DNA of 64,000 bases from Deltaproteobacteria bacterium UBA4427 (GCA_002390675.1 DGPZ01000102.1:53356-117355), one strand, 5' to 3'. Counted from the first letter of the stretch, positions 26,324-35,335 are shown. Program-made: numbers and translations. Notes: generated by a model not told the origin, from the sequence alone.

Positions 26324-29300
26324 CTAGCCCTGCCTTTCGTAAATTTCGTCGACGTATTCGCCGGGATCAATTCGCACAATCGCGCCGGTCGGACACGACG
26401 CAACACAAGCCGCGCGTGGCGCGCCGCTCTTTTTGGCGGGCAACTCCCGGCAGAGATCGCACTTCACGGCCTTCTTCACAGTCGCCGCTCCGCCTTCCGC
26501 CGGCTTCGCATCGCTCGCGGCCTTCTTCTTCGCACGCGAGGGGAAGAGCAGTCGCATCAAGAGCCCTGGCCCGGGCTCGTCGTCGACCTTGGCCATCTTG
26601 ATCACGTCGTAAGGACAGTAGGCCTCGCAGTTGCCGCACCCGATACACGTCTCGTCATTGATCCAGACTTCGCCGTTCGGATCGCGATTAAGCGCATCCG
26701 GTGGGCAGTCGGTCATGCACTTTGGATTTTCGCAGTGCTGACACGCGGTCGGGAGATGAAGCGCACTGCCCGCGCTCGTCATATACGTCGCGCCGGCTTC
26801 GCGATTCAAGCGAGAAACGCCGCCATGAGTCTCGCCGCAGGCTTTCTCACAATTGTCACAACGGACGCATAACGTCTCGTCGATCATCAGCAGATCCGTG
26901 GCTTCCTTACCGCCAGCCTTCTGCAGCCACATCATCGTGCCGCGACCATGCTGACGGCGCGCATCCGCAATGATGAATTCCTGCTCCTTCAGCTCAAGAT
27001 ATTCGCGAATCTCTCGCGAGCTTTCGACGTACTGAAGGATTATCTCGGTCGGGAAGAGCACCGTCTCGCAGTCGACGCCCGCTTTCGCGGTCGCCGTTCG
27101 AGTACGCCCGGGATGCAGCACTGCGAGTTCGCCGATCGTAGAGCCGGCGCGAACCGAGTCGATCTGTTCTTCAGAACCCTCGTGCTTTTTGTAGATCTCC
27201 GCGGTCCCGCGACGAATCAGATGTAGACCATCCGGCTCATCCCCCTCACCGAAGATCACTTCTCCAGCGCGATGCATCAAAGTTTCCGCGCGATCGGCGA
27301 GTCGATCGCGCGCAGCCGATTCAAGAGACGGGAAGAGTGTCGCGAGCGCGGTATTTACGTAGGCCGCGTCGATTACCTTCTTCACGTCTTCGACCGAACG
27401 CGTCAACTTGGTCATCGTGTTGCGCGGCGTCTCGATCACGATGCATTGCTGCGTCGTCGTCACCGTCTCGCCGCGGCGACGCCCCGAGATCAAACCATCC
27501 TCACCAAAGAACTGCCCCGCCAGACGCTTGGTTCGGCGCTCTGTGCGCAGGTCGTCAGGAATCGTCGGATCAGAGTTATCTAGATACGCGAGTTCGACTT
27601 CGCCTTCGATGATCGAGAAGAAGGTGTTGTCAAAGTCGGCGCGGCTATAGATGACCACCCCAGGCTTCTCTATGCGCACTTTCGACTCGAATAATAACTG
27701 CCGCAGCTGAACCATGGTGAGCGGCGCGAGCGTAGGCACCGCCTCCTGAATCCTCGCGAGATTTTCGCTGACGCTTCCGCCCACTTCTACGAATTTATTC
27801 GCGAGCACAGGCTCATCCGCGGGCTTCACGGATTCGCCGAGCACATGCTCTATGACCTCAAACCCCTGATTCATGCAGTTCTTGATCAGTGGGTATCCGA
27901 CCAGGGCACCCACCATATAAATGCCGGGAACATTCGATTCATACCGATCCGAAACGTCTGGAATCGCTTCCTTGTCCTTGCTCGGGAATGAGACACCTAG
28001 AGACTCAAGGAAGGAACGCGGCGGCGTAGCGCCCAGACGGCCTATGACGAGATCCGTATCGAGCCGTACTTCTTCGCCGGCCTTCGTCTTGAAGACAGCG
28101 GCATCGGATTCAAAGCGATCCGCGCTCGCGTGCGTGAGGTAAGCGATTTCGCCGGTTTTGATCTTCGCCTCGATGGCAGCCTTGTTCATTGGCTTTGCGC
28201 GATCGATCTCGTCGCGACGATTTACGATCGTAACTTCGTTGCCGTTTTCTGCGAGGGCGATCGCATTCTCGATGCCCGCATCGCCAACGCCAACGACAAT
28301 CACTCGCTTGTCTTCATACGCGCCGGGATCGTCGAGCTGATAGGTCACCCAGGGCTGGTCATCCCCGGGCACACCGAACTTCCGAAGATCGCCCTGCACA
28401 CCGATGGACAGAACGATATGCGTCGCGTCGACGGTCTTTGCGCCCCCCGGCCCACGCATCTCGATCTTGAACGCGCCCTTCTCGCCTTGGATCGAAAGCA
28501 CTTCCGTGGCCTCGACCAAATTCGTGCCCGCATTCGTCGCCGCTTCGCTCCACCAAGCAAGGACCTGTTCGCGAACAGCCTCTTCGAAGACCATCTTAAG
28601 GTCGCCCTGAAGCGGCAACTGCGGCGGCTCGGCCATAACGAGCTTGCCCTTCTGGTACTTCACAATCGTGTCGGCCAACACCGATCGCTCAAAGAGCGTG
28701 TGCTTCAGTCCACGCTCTGCTGCGCGCACGCCTGCGGCGATCCCTGCCGGGCCCGCACCGATGATCGCGATATTGATGCTAGACGGATCCGGCGGCGGCT
28801 CGTCGACAGACACAGGCCGCAAATGATGTGCGGTCGTCGGCTCAGCAACGCTCCCCTCGGCTGCGGCAGCCGGAGGCGAAGCGGGAGCGGCCGGGGATGC
28901 CAATTCAGAAGCCGGTGCCGGCTCGGCGGGCTCTGCAACCGGCGGGGCCGGTCCCGAATCTGCAATCGGAACGGCAGACGCTTCGACGGATCCTAGTTGG
29001 GTCGCGTCTACTTCGGGATCGGGGGTCGCCGAAGCCGCTTCGGCCGCGACTGCCTCAACCTCGAGCTTCAATCGAAGCACGACGCGATCTGCCAGCTGGA
29101 TCTCTTCGCCTCCGGCAAGCGGCGTGCGCTCCAAAATCTGGTTGCCATTCACCAGCGTGCGATTGACCTGACTCCTGTGGATCAGAACCAAGGTCTCGCC
29201 TTCCCAGACGACTTCCGCGTGCAGGCGCGAAATGCTCCGGTCGGCGAGTCGGATGCCGCAATTCAGACCGCGTCCGAGAGTGGTTGACCCAGCACCCACC

Positions 29301-29365
29301 TCGAAAACTTGCCCCGCTTGATCGGGAAGACCGCCCATCACAGTCAACGTGGCTCGGATCGACAA
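26324..29365 (-). CDS. FHA - FAD/NAD(P) pyridine-nucleotide-disulfide-type oxidoreductase - 2x cyclic-nucleotide-binding - four-cluster 4Fe-4S ferredoxin fusion protein
   Basis: FHA signatures: TLGRGLNCGIRL, SISRLHA, LVNG. A Pro/Ala linker follows. Dinucleotide fold IAIIGAGPAGIAAGVRAAERGL and a second VIVVGVGDAGIENA. cNMP signatures FFGEDGLISGRRRGETVTT and TIGELAVLHPGRTRTATAKA. Cys motifs CVRCDNCEKAC, CQHCENPKCMTDCP, CIGCGNCEAYCP and CDLC...CVASCP. The start is TTG, with GGAGG 11 nt upstream. Confidence 0.85.
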   Translation of the reverse strand: MSIRATLTVMGGLPDQAGQVFEVGAGSTTLGRGLNCGIRLADRSISRLHAEVVWEGETLVLIHRSQVNRTLVNGNQILERTPLAGGEEIQLADRVVLRLKLEVEAVAAEAASATPDPEVDATQLGSVEASAVPIADSGPAPPVAEPAEPAPASELASPAAPASPPAAAAEGSVAEPTTAHHLRPVSVDEPPPDPSSINIAIIGAGPAGIAAGVRAAERGLKHTLFERSVLADTIVKYQKGKLVMAEPPQLPLQGDLKMVFEEAVREQVLAWWSEAATNAGTNLVEATEVLSIQGEKGAFKIEMRGPGGAKTVDATHIVLSIGVQGDLRKFGVPGDDQPWVTYQLDDPGAYEDKRVIVVGVGDAGIENAIALAENGNEVTIVNRRDEIDRAKPMNKAAIEAKIKTGEIAYLTHASADRFESDAAVFKTKAGEEVRLDTDLVIGRLGATPPRSFLESLGVSFPSKDKEAIPDVSDRYESNVPGIYMVGALVGYPLIKNCMNQGFEVIEHVLGESVKPADEPVLANKFVEVGGSVSENLARIQEAVPTLAPLTMVQLRQLLFESKVRIEKPGVVIYSRADFDNTFFSIIEGEVELAYLDNSDPTIPDDLRTERRTKRLAGQFFGEDGLISGRRRGETVTTTQQCIVIETPRNTMTKLTRSVEDVKKVIDAAYVNTALATLFPSLESAARDRLADRAETLMHRAGEVIFGEGDEPDGLHLIRRGTAEIYKKHEGSEEQIDSVRAGSTIGELAVLHPGRTRTATAKAGVDCETVLFPTEIILQYVESSREIREYLELKEQEFIIADARRQHGRGTMMWLQKAGGKEATDLLMIDETLCVRCDNCEKACGETHGGVSRLNREAGATYMTSAGSALHLPTACQHCENPKCMTDCPPDALNRDPNGEVWINDETCIGCGNCEAYCPYDVIKMAKVDDEPGPGLLMRLLFPSRAKKKAASDAKPAEGGAATVKKAVKCDLCRELPAKKSGAPRAACVASCPTGAIVRIDPGEYVDEIYERQG

Positions 29366-29717
29366 CCTGATTTACCCCTCCGGCGTTCCCCAGAGCGGAT
29401 CGCTCGGATAACGATATGGCGATTCTATGCGGGCGCGCATCGGAAGCAAAGAGATCCACGTCTATGAGCAACGCTTAAGCGCTCATTTAGAAGGAAGCTT
29501 TCGTCACTTAATCGCCGGTCTTTTATGGGCCGAGGAGCCAAAGAGGGTTCCGAGCCCGCGTTTTCTGCGCGGCGAATCAGGGAAGAACACGTAAGCAGAA
29601 CTACGCCGAAGTAATTATTCCATGAACTTTGACAGTCATCAGGTCCACTCGAAAAACTCAAGCGAACTCTCCGAAACGCCGATTTCTCATGCAAACCCGG
29701 AAACTTACCGCCTGTAG

Positions 29718-30872
29718 ACTGGAGTTCCCCTGTCCGCGCACCTCAAGTTCCTCGACTCCAAATGCTCTCCCTCCGACGCGAAGGCTCAAGCTCATCTTGT
29801 CCTCGGGACGCGAGCGATCAGTGACGCCTTCGCCGCAATTGAATCGGAAATCGCAGAGGGCGCTTCAAGGGTCTGTACGTACGGTTGCCCAGCAATGGGC
29901 AAAACTAGTCTCGCGCGTGCGCTTCCCAAATTGCTCGGCGACAAAGCGCGCATTGCACTCGTTCCAGATCCAGCCCTATCCGGGGAATCCTCGCGAACGA
30001 CCCTCCCCCTCGTAACCGTGATCGACCCAGCTCAAAAGGCCGACGAAAATTCCCTCGATCACTTGGATGGGATTCTCAGTTACCGAAGCGATCTGCCACC
30101 CCCGTGGTCCAGAGCGTGCCCCTCGCACGACTCGGCATCAAAACTGAAAGCGACGCGCTTAACGAAGGTGATCAACTTCTCATCTGGCGGCTCGATCGAA
30201 TCTAAACACTCCAACTTAAATTCGCCCCGCTTCCGCGAGACTGCGCTCCGCCATACACCCACAAGTATCTCAAGCGCACGAGATGCTAAGCGCCGGAACT
30301 CTTCAGCGCCCATGCAGCTTTGGCCATTCACACGTATACGGGTGGCGTACCTAGTGAAAGCTCTGCGTCCTGCGAAAGCATGTTACTCGAGGCAGCCGCT
30401 CAAAAATTGTCCGAACTCGACGCGGGTTTTATGCGAGGCCTTTCCGAACTTGGGCCGAGATCCAGAGCTTCGGCGCTTCACCATTAATGCGGCCCCTGGC
30501 CGTCGCCCTGGCAGCATTATGTTAGTTGGCTTCGGCATCGTGCATTTCTTGTCCGACGACGCTTTGACTTCGAATTCAAAGGCGGAGCTGAGCCGAAGGA
30601 CCCATGCCCCACGACGCAACGGCAAAGCAGCAGCGTCCAGAACAACGTCAGCCGGCACCATCTCAATTCCTGACCTGGAACCGCAGCCCGGCGAGGGCAC
30701 TCCCCAGTTGGTGCTCTTTGAACCCGCCGGGGGTTTCCTTTCCGCAAATTCGCTTCCCGACTTGGAGTCGGCTGTGAGCGGTCTAGCATATTCTATTCTT
30801 CGTACGCCGCGCCTCGCATCTCTCACCTCGCATCCCGCGCACTTCCGCGCGAGCCAAGGAACTCAATCATGA
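29718..30872 (+). pseudogene. decayed ExeA/MshM (GspA)-like AAA ATPase gene (frameshifts, in-frame stops)
   Basis: Frame of 29895: ...RVCTYGCPAMGKTSLARAL (Walker A GxxxxGKT) then LVTVIDPAQ (Walker B-like, DEAQ->DPAQ). From about 30090 the homology continues in the -1 frame: PVVQSVPLARL..LIWRLDRI*TLQLKFAPLPRD..YTHKYLKRTRC*APELFSAHAALAIHTYTGGVP..LLEAAAQ. In-frame TAA codons lie at 30203 and 30287. There is no ATG/GTG/TTG upstream of the Walker A in the open frame from 29718. A TM-like segment GSIMLVGFGIVHFL follows back in the first frame. Confidence 0.45.
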
Positions 30873-32608
30873 GCGCATATATGGGCGACGCCGTCCTCCT
30901 CTATCTCAACGAGCTGATCGATTGGGAATCGTATTTCAATTGGCGCAAGGGCGAGACGAGTGACCTTGAACTCGACCGAGCTGCATTGCAGGAAGTGCTC
31001 GAAACGGCCGCCGCCATTTGCGAAGAGCAGGAGCCTAAACTGCGAGCGGGCTGGGATGACTGCGCCCAACTCGTTAACGACGAAGTCATTTACCCGCCGC
31101 ATATCAAAGAGACCCTCGAAAAGCTTCGGGAAGCTGGCTTGGTCAGTTTTGGCGTCGAGGAACAATACGATGGGTTCGAACTCCCTTCCTTTGTTGCAAA
31201 CGTGATCTTGCAAATGGTTTCCCGTGCCGATGCGGGCCTGATGACCATTCTCGGCCTTCAAGCGGGCGTCGCAGAAGACATTCAAACATTCGGATCCGAG
31301 GAGCTCAAACGAGAGTTTCTTCCGCGCTTCGCTTCCGGCGAAGTGATGGGTGCCATGGACCTAACAGAGCCCCAAGCCGGCTCGGACCTCGGCGCAATTC
31401 AGACAAAGGCTACGACCGAAGGCGATCGTCACTTCATAGATGGAGATAAGATCTTCATCACGAACGGCGGATGCGAAATCCATCTCGTGCTAGCCCGTGA
31501 TGCAGCTAACTACGACGAGAGCAAGGGCACGACTAAGGGTCTATCCCTTTACCTGGTCCCTCGCACGTACTCCTCGGGCAAGAAGAATGGCGTACACGTC
31601 ACGCGCCTCGAAGAGAAGCTCGGCATCCATGGCTCCCCGACCGCCGCAATTCACTTTAATCACGCTGAAGGCTTCCTTGTTGGCGAGCAGGGCGAAGGCT
31701 TCAAGGCGATGCTGTCGCTCATGAACAACGCTCGGCTCGGTGTTGCGGCTCAGGGCATCGGCATCGCAGAAGCTTCACTCCGCACCGCACTCCAGTACGC
31801 GCGGGATCGCGTGCAGTTCGGTGTCCCGATTGCGGATCAGCCGCTCATGAAGGACCGCCTCGCACGCATGACCCTCGAACTCGAAGGCAGCCGTGCCTTG
31901 CTCTACCGCGCCTGTTCGTTAGTCGACCAGAACCACGCCATCAGCAAAGCGCTAAAGCGGACAAATGATGGTGGAACGGAATTCTCGGCCGGTGAACGAG
32001 TCGAAATGGAGGCGCTCTTCGAGCGCAATGCGACACGCATCCGCTTGCTCACGCCACTTGCCAAGTACATGGGCACCGAGGCCGCAGACTCGATCTCCCG
32101 GGATGCAATTCAGATCCACGGCGGACTCGGCTTCATGGCGGAATCCGTAGTCGGCAAGCTGCATGCAGACGCAATTATCACAACCATCTATGAAGGCACC
32201 TCAGAAATCCAGGTATCCTTCGCACTTAAGGAGATCGGCAAAGGTGCACTGGCCGTCGTCTTTGAGTCCCTTGAGAAGGAACTCAAAACATTCGATGAGC
32301 CCAAGCTCAAGGAACAGGCCGACAAGGTCCTTGAGGGCATGAACCTCATCCTTGGCGCTGCTGGCGCGCTCTTGGCGGACTTCAACTACGCCATGATGTC
32401 AGCCCAGTCGCTTGCCGAAGTCGTCGCAAGTGTGATCGCGGGCGCCGAGCTCCTCAAACAGGCGAAGGCGGATCCCCGGCGATTCGACTTGGCCGCTTCG
32501 TGGATTAGTCGCCGGATGAACGATCTCGAGGGACGCTGCAAGCGCATCAAGGAAGGCTCGACCGACCGCCTGGACCGCGCTCAAGCGATCATCTCGCTCA
32601 ACGACTAG
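30869..32608 (+). CDS. acyl-CoA dehydrogenase (long form with C-terminal extension)
   Basis: LTEPQAGSDLGAIQTKA, DGDKIFITNGG, QIHGGLGFMAE and TIYEGTSEIQ (catalytic Glu block). AAGGAA SD sits upstream of the ATG. Confidence 0.9.
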   Translation: MSAYMGDAVLLYLNELIDWESYFNWRKGETSDLELDRAALQEVLETAAAICEEQEPKLRAGWDDCAQLVNDEVIYPPHIKETLEKLREAGLVSFGVEEQYDGFELPSFVANVILQMVSRADAGLMTILGLQAGVAEDIQTFGSEELKREFLPRFASGEVMGAMDLTEPQAGSDLGAIQTKATTEGDRHFIDGDKIFITNGGCEIHLVLARDAANYDESKGTTKGLSLYLVPRTYSSGKKNGVHVTRLEEKLGIHGSPTAAIHFNHAEGFLVGEQGEGFKAMLSLMNNARLGVAAQGIGIAEASLRTALQYARDRVQFGVPIADQPLMKDRLARMTLELEGSRALLYRACSLVDQNHAISKALKRTNDGGTEFSAGERVEMEALFERNATRIRLLTPLAKYMGTEAADSISRDAIQIHGGLGFMAESVVGKLHADAIITTIYEGTSEIQVSFALKEIGKGALAVVFESLEKELKTFDEPKLKEQADKVLEGMNLILGAAGALLADFNYAMMSAQSLAEVVASVIAGAELLKQAKADPRRFDLAASWISRRMNDLEGRCKRIKEGSTDRLDRAQAIISLND

Positions 32609-32625
32609 CCAACCCGAGCCCAGGC

Positions 32626-33354
32626 TCAATACCTAGCGTTCGTCGTCTGGCGTAGGTACTCGCCTAGCATCATGCTCGTCGCAGCTTGCACATTGTAGCT
32701 CGGGATAAACCCTCGAGTCGGGACGCGGACGGTCACGTCCGCCGTCTCGAGCACCGCGACGGGAAGCCCTTCCGTTTCGCTGCCTAAAAAGAGACAAGCT
32801 GGACTCGCGAAATCCGTGGTCCACGGGAGCGCATCGCCACTCGTTTCGACGGCGATGATTCGGCGCCCTGCATCACGCGCCGAGATCGCCGCTTGCTCTG
32901 CCGACGCATCCAACACCGCAAGAAACCGGTCCGCACGAATGGAGACTCGTAGCGCCTCCTCGCGCTCATCCGCCTTCCAAGCCGTCTCGAGTACGACCCC
33001 CGCAGCCCCCGACACTTCCGCCGCGCGAAGAATGAAGCCGACATTCGACGGATAACGAAGCCCCGCTAGAACGAGCACAAGGCCCGGACTCTCCATCAGC
33101 TCGTCGAGGGTCGAAGGGAGGACTGGCCCGGCCACCGCGAGCGCGGCTTCCGGCTCATCCGACTCCGACATGCGACGCATTTCACGTGCGGATTCTCTCG
33201 AAACCGGAATCCCGGACGCCTCTGCCGCAGCCACGAGCGCACTCACATCAACTGATCGGTCATCCTCGCCGACGAGTACCCGCGCAAGGCTCACGCCCTC
33301 ATCGAGTGCCTTTAGAATCGAGTCGACACCGACAATACGAGCGCGACCGGCCAA
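32626..33354 (-). CDS. TrmH/SpoU-family RNA 2'-O-methyltransferase
   Basis: An N-terminal substrate-binding-like segment followed by SpoU motifs LVLVLAGLRYPSNVGFILRAAEVSGAAGVVL, CLFLGSETEGLP and IPSYNVQAATSMML. Confidence 0.85.
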   Translation of the reverse strand: MAGRARIVGVDSILKALDEGVSLARVLVGEDDRSVDVSALVAAAEASGIPVSRESAREMRRMSESDEPEAALAVAGPVLPSTLDELMESPGLVLVLAGLRYPSNVGFILRAAEVSGAAGVVLETAWKADEREEALRVSIRADRFLAVLDASAEQAAISARDAGRRIIAVETSGDALPWTTDFASPACLFLGSETEGLPVAVLETADVTVRVPTRGFIPSYNVQAATSMMLGEYLRQTTNARY

Positions 33355-33359
33355 AGGGG

Positions 33360-34052
33360 TCAGTACCGAGCCTGCGCTCGTCGCGGAATCATATCGAGGA
33401 TCGCCTGAACGCTGGCCCGACGGCTTTCCATCGAGCGGGGCGACTCGTCGAAGTATGACAAGAAGACGCCGCCATCGAGCATCACGAGAATGCCCATCGC
33501 GATCGCGTGCGGATCGTGATTAGGCGGCACGATCTCCGAGATCGTCTCGGTCAGTGCTCCCCCGAAACGATTGTGAAGATCGAGCAAAGTGCGCGTCAGC
33601 CAGTCGCGAAAGTTAGGATGCTCCATGGCCCAACGAATAAAGCCGTCGACATCGCCCCGATGGGCCAGGACGAAGGTCTGATAAAGTTCGACTTGTTCCG
33701 TGAGCCGCTTCTCAGCAGGCAGCCCCGATTGATCCCGCGCCAGCGATACACGGAAGGGCTCGCAAAGACGGTTGAAGCATTCCCGAAAGAGCGACTCTTT
33801 ATCGCTGAAATGCCAGAAGACCGTTGCTCTGGAAACTTCGGCGTGGGTCGCCACCTGCGCGATCGTCGTATTGTCGTAGCCGCGAGCGAGAAAAAGCTCA
33901 GACGCAGCGGCCAGAATGCGCTCCTGGGTCGCAGCTTTGCCGGTCAGCGGCTCCGGAACCGGTTCTGTCGTGGCTTCGCTAACCGACGCTAATCGGCCGG
34001 GCCCTTGATCTTCGCGTCGCTCTGTGGACTCCAAATCGCACCTCTCTCGCAC
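33360..34052 (-). CDS. TetR/AcrR-family transcriptional regulator
   Basis: HTH block ILAAASELFLARGYDNTTIAQVATHAEVSRATVFWHFSDKESLF. The GTG start at 34052 is uncertain, and the first ~40 aa are acidic and low-complexity. Confidence 0.85.
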   Translation of the reverse strand: MRERCDLESTERREDQGPGRLASVSEATTEPVPEPLTGKAATQERILAAASELFLARGYDNTTIAQVATHAEVSRATVFWHFSDKESLFRECFNRLCEPFRVSLARDQSGLPAEKRLTEQVELYQTFVLAHRGDVDGFIRWAMEHPNFRDWLTRTLLDLHNRFGGALTETISEIVPPNHDPHAIAMGILVMLDGGVFLSYFDESPRSMESRRASVQAILDMIPRRAQARY

Positions 34053-34191
34053 CTCGCCCAGTGCTTAGTCTACATCCCCGCTTGCTCCGTGCTCGACCCC
34101 GTTCGGGGGTTCCACGGAACCTTTATGAGGCCGCCCACCACGCGCGAGCGTCCGCAGAATTTATGTACTTTCGCACTCGCTTGCGCGCCTC

Positions 34192-34210
34192 TTTTTTTTT
34201 TGGGGGGGGG
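34192..34210. repeat. abutting homopolymers T10 G9
   Basis: c-TTTTTTTTTT-GGGGGGGGG-a, read directly. Intergenic: upstream of the TetR gene and downstream of the SDR gene, both on the minus strand. Confidence 0.95.
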
Positions 34211-34375
34211 ACGATTCAGGCTGCGGAAACCAGCTTCTGCTCATTTCAGAAATCTGTCCCGAGCCTTTGTCCGCAGACAACTAGTCTGCGGTAACCAAGG
34301 CAAAACGGACGGACGACCTAAGTCATCCGCCCGAATTACGATGCATGTCTGATGGGTCCATGTATTCAGGGCGAC

Positions 34376-35182
34376 TTACGCCATGTACATGCCACCGTTC
34401 GCGGCAAAAACCTGGCCCGTTGTGTATCCAGAAATCATCGGACAAACCATCCCAACGACAGTTGCGGCGAGTTCCGAGGGCTCCGCAACCTTGCCCAGCA
34501 GAGTCGAGCGTTTCATGGCCTCGATGCCCTGCTCCGGCACGCCCGCGAGCATTGGCGTGTTCACAGGGCCCGGCGCGATCGCGTTGACGCGCACGCGGTA
34601 GCCCGAGAATTCGCGAGCGGTCGTGCGGGTAACGGACTCGATCGCGCCCTTGGCGGCGGTGTAGTCGACCTGCCCGACGTTGCCATTGCGGGCGGAGACT
34701 GAGGAAAAATTAACGATGAACCGGTTTACGCCGTCATCGAGGGGCTCGTTTCCATTTGCCTTGAAGAGCGGATGCCAATGCTGGCTCGCGATCTCTCGCG
34801 TAAACAGGAACGTGCCACCGAGATGAACCGACATCACGAGATTGAAATCGTCGTAGCTCTTCTTCGTGATTCGTGCGTCGCGGGTGATGCCTGCGACGTT
34901 CACGACTCCGTTGATACAGTCGCTCACCTCGAGAACCTGAGAAACGGCGCGCACGACGTCTTCTTCTTTGGAGACGTTCGCGGGTACGATGATCGGGGAA
35001 ACCGCAGCGTCTTCGATTTTTGCTTTCGCTTCTTCGAGGCGGCCGGCGTCGAGATCGACCATCGCTACCTGCGCGCCGTGGCGTGCGAGCGCTTCGACGA
35101 CAGCAAATCCGATGCCTTGGGCGGCGCCGGTCACAATATGAGTTTCGCCGAGAAATGCGTTTTCACGCAGGATCAGATCCAT
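34376..35182 (-). CDS. SDR-family oxidoreductase (FabG-like)
   Basis: TGAAQGIGFAVVEALARHG (TGxxxGIG), NVAG and a catalytic region with NFSSVSARNGNVGQVDYTAAKGA (YxxxK). ATG at 35182 has AGGTAGGAAA upstream. Confidence 0.9.
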   Translation of the reverse strand: MDLILRENAFLGETHIVTGAAQGIGFAVVEALARHGAQVAMVDLDAGRLEEAKAKIEDAAVSPIIVPANVSKEEDVVRAVSQVLEVSDCINGVVNVAGITRDARITKKSYDDFNLVMSVHLGGTFLFTREIASQHWHPLFKANGNEPLDDGVNRFIVNFSSVSARNGNVGQVDYTAAKGAIESVTRTTAREFSGYRVRVNAIAPGPVNTPMLAGVPEQGIEAMKRSTLLGKVAEPSELAATVVGMVCPMISGYTTGQVFAANGGMYMA

Positions 35183-35335
35183 TTTCCTACCTTGAGTTTC
35201 GTCGTACGCGGCGTTCTTCGACGCCGCCCAACTGAGTAAAAAGAGATGCCCACACACAAGCGAGTCGCTGCCGACCACTGGCACCAAATAAAAAGGACTG
35301 AGACCAGAAGGAATCAGGCACCGGGCTGAACCCGT

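Noticed and set aside
25483-26406. Full-length 307-aa version of the di-haem-b membrane protein
   Set aside because: It would overlap the upstream gene by 83 nt. The first 29 residues are Arg-rich and non-hydrophobic. The GTG at 26319, 4 nt after the upstream stop codon, is more consistent with the tight coupling seen elsewhere in the operon. The longer form cannot be excluded.
29895-30872. 325-aa ORF as an intact protein-coding gene
   Set aside because: Its ATG sits inside a Walker A motif (GCPA-M-GKT). Family-like sequence continues in another frame with in-frame stops. The ORF is best explained as a composite across a decayed ExeA-like gene; see the pseudogene call.
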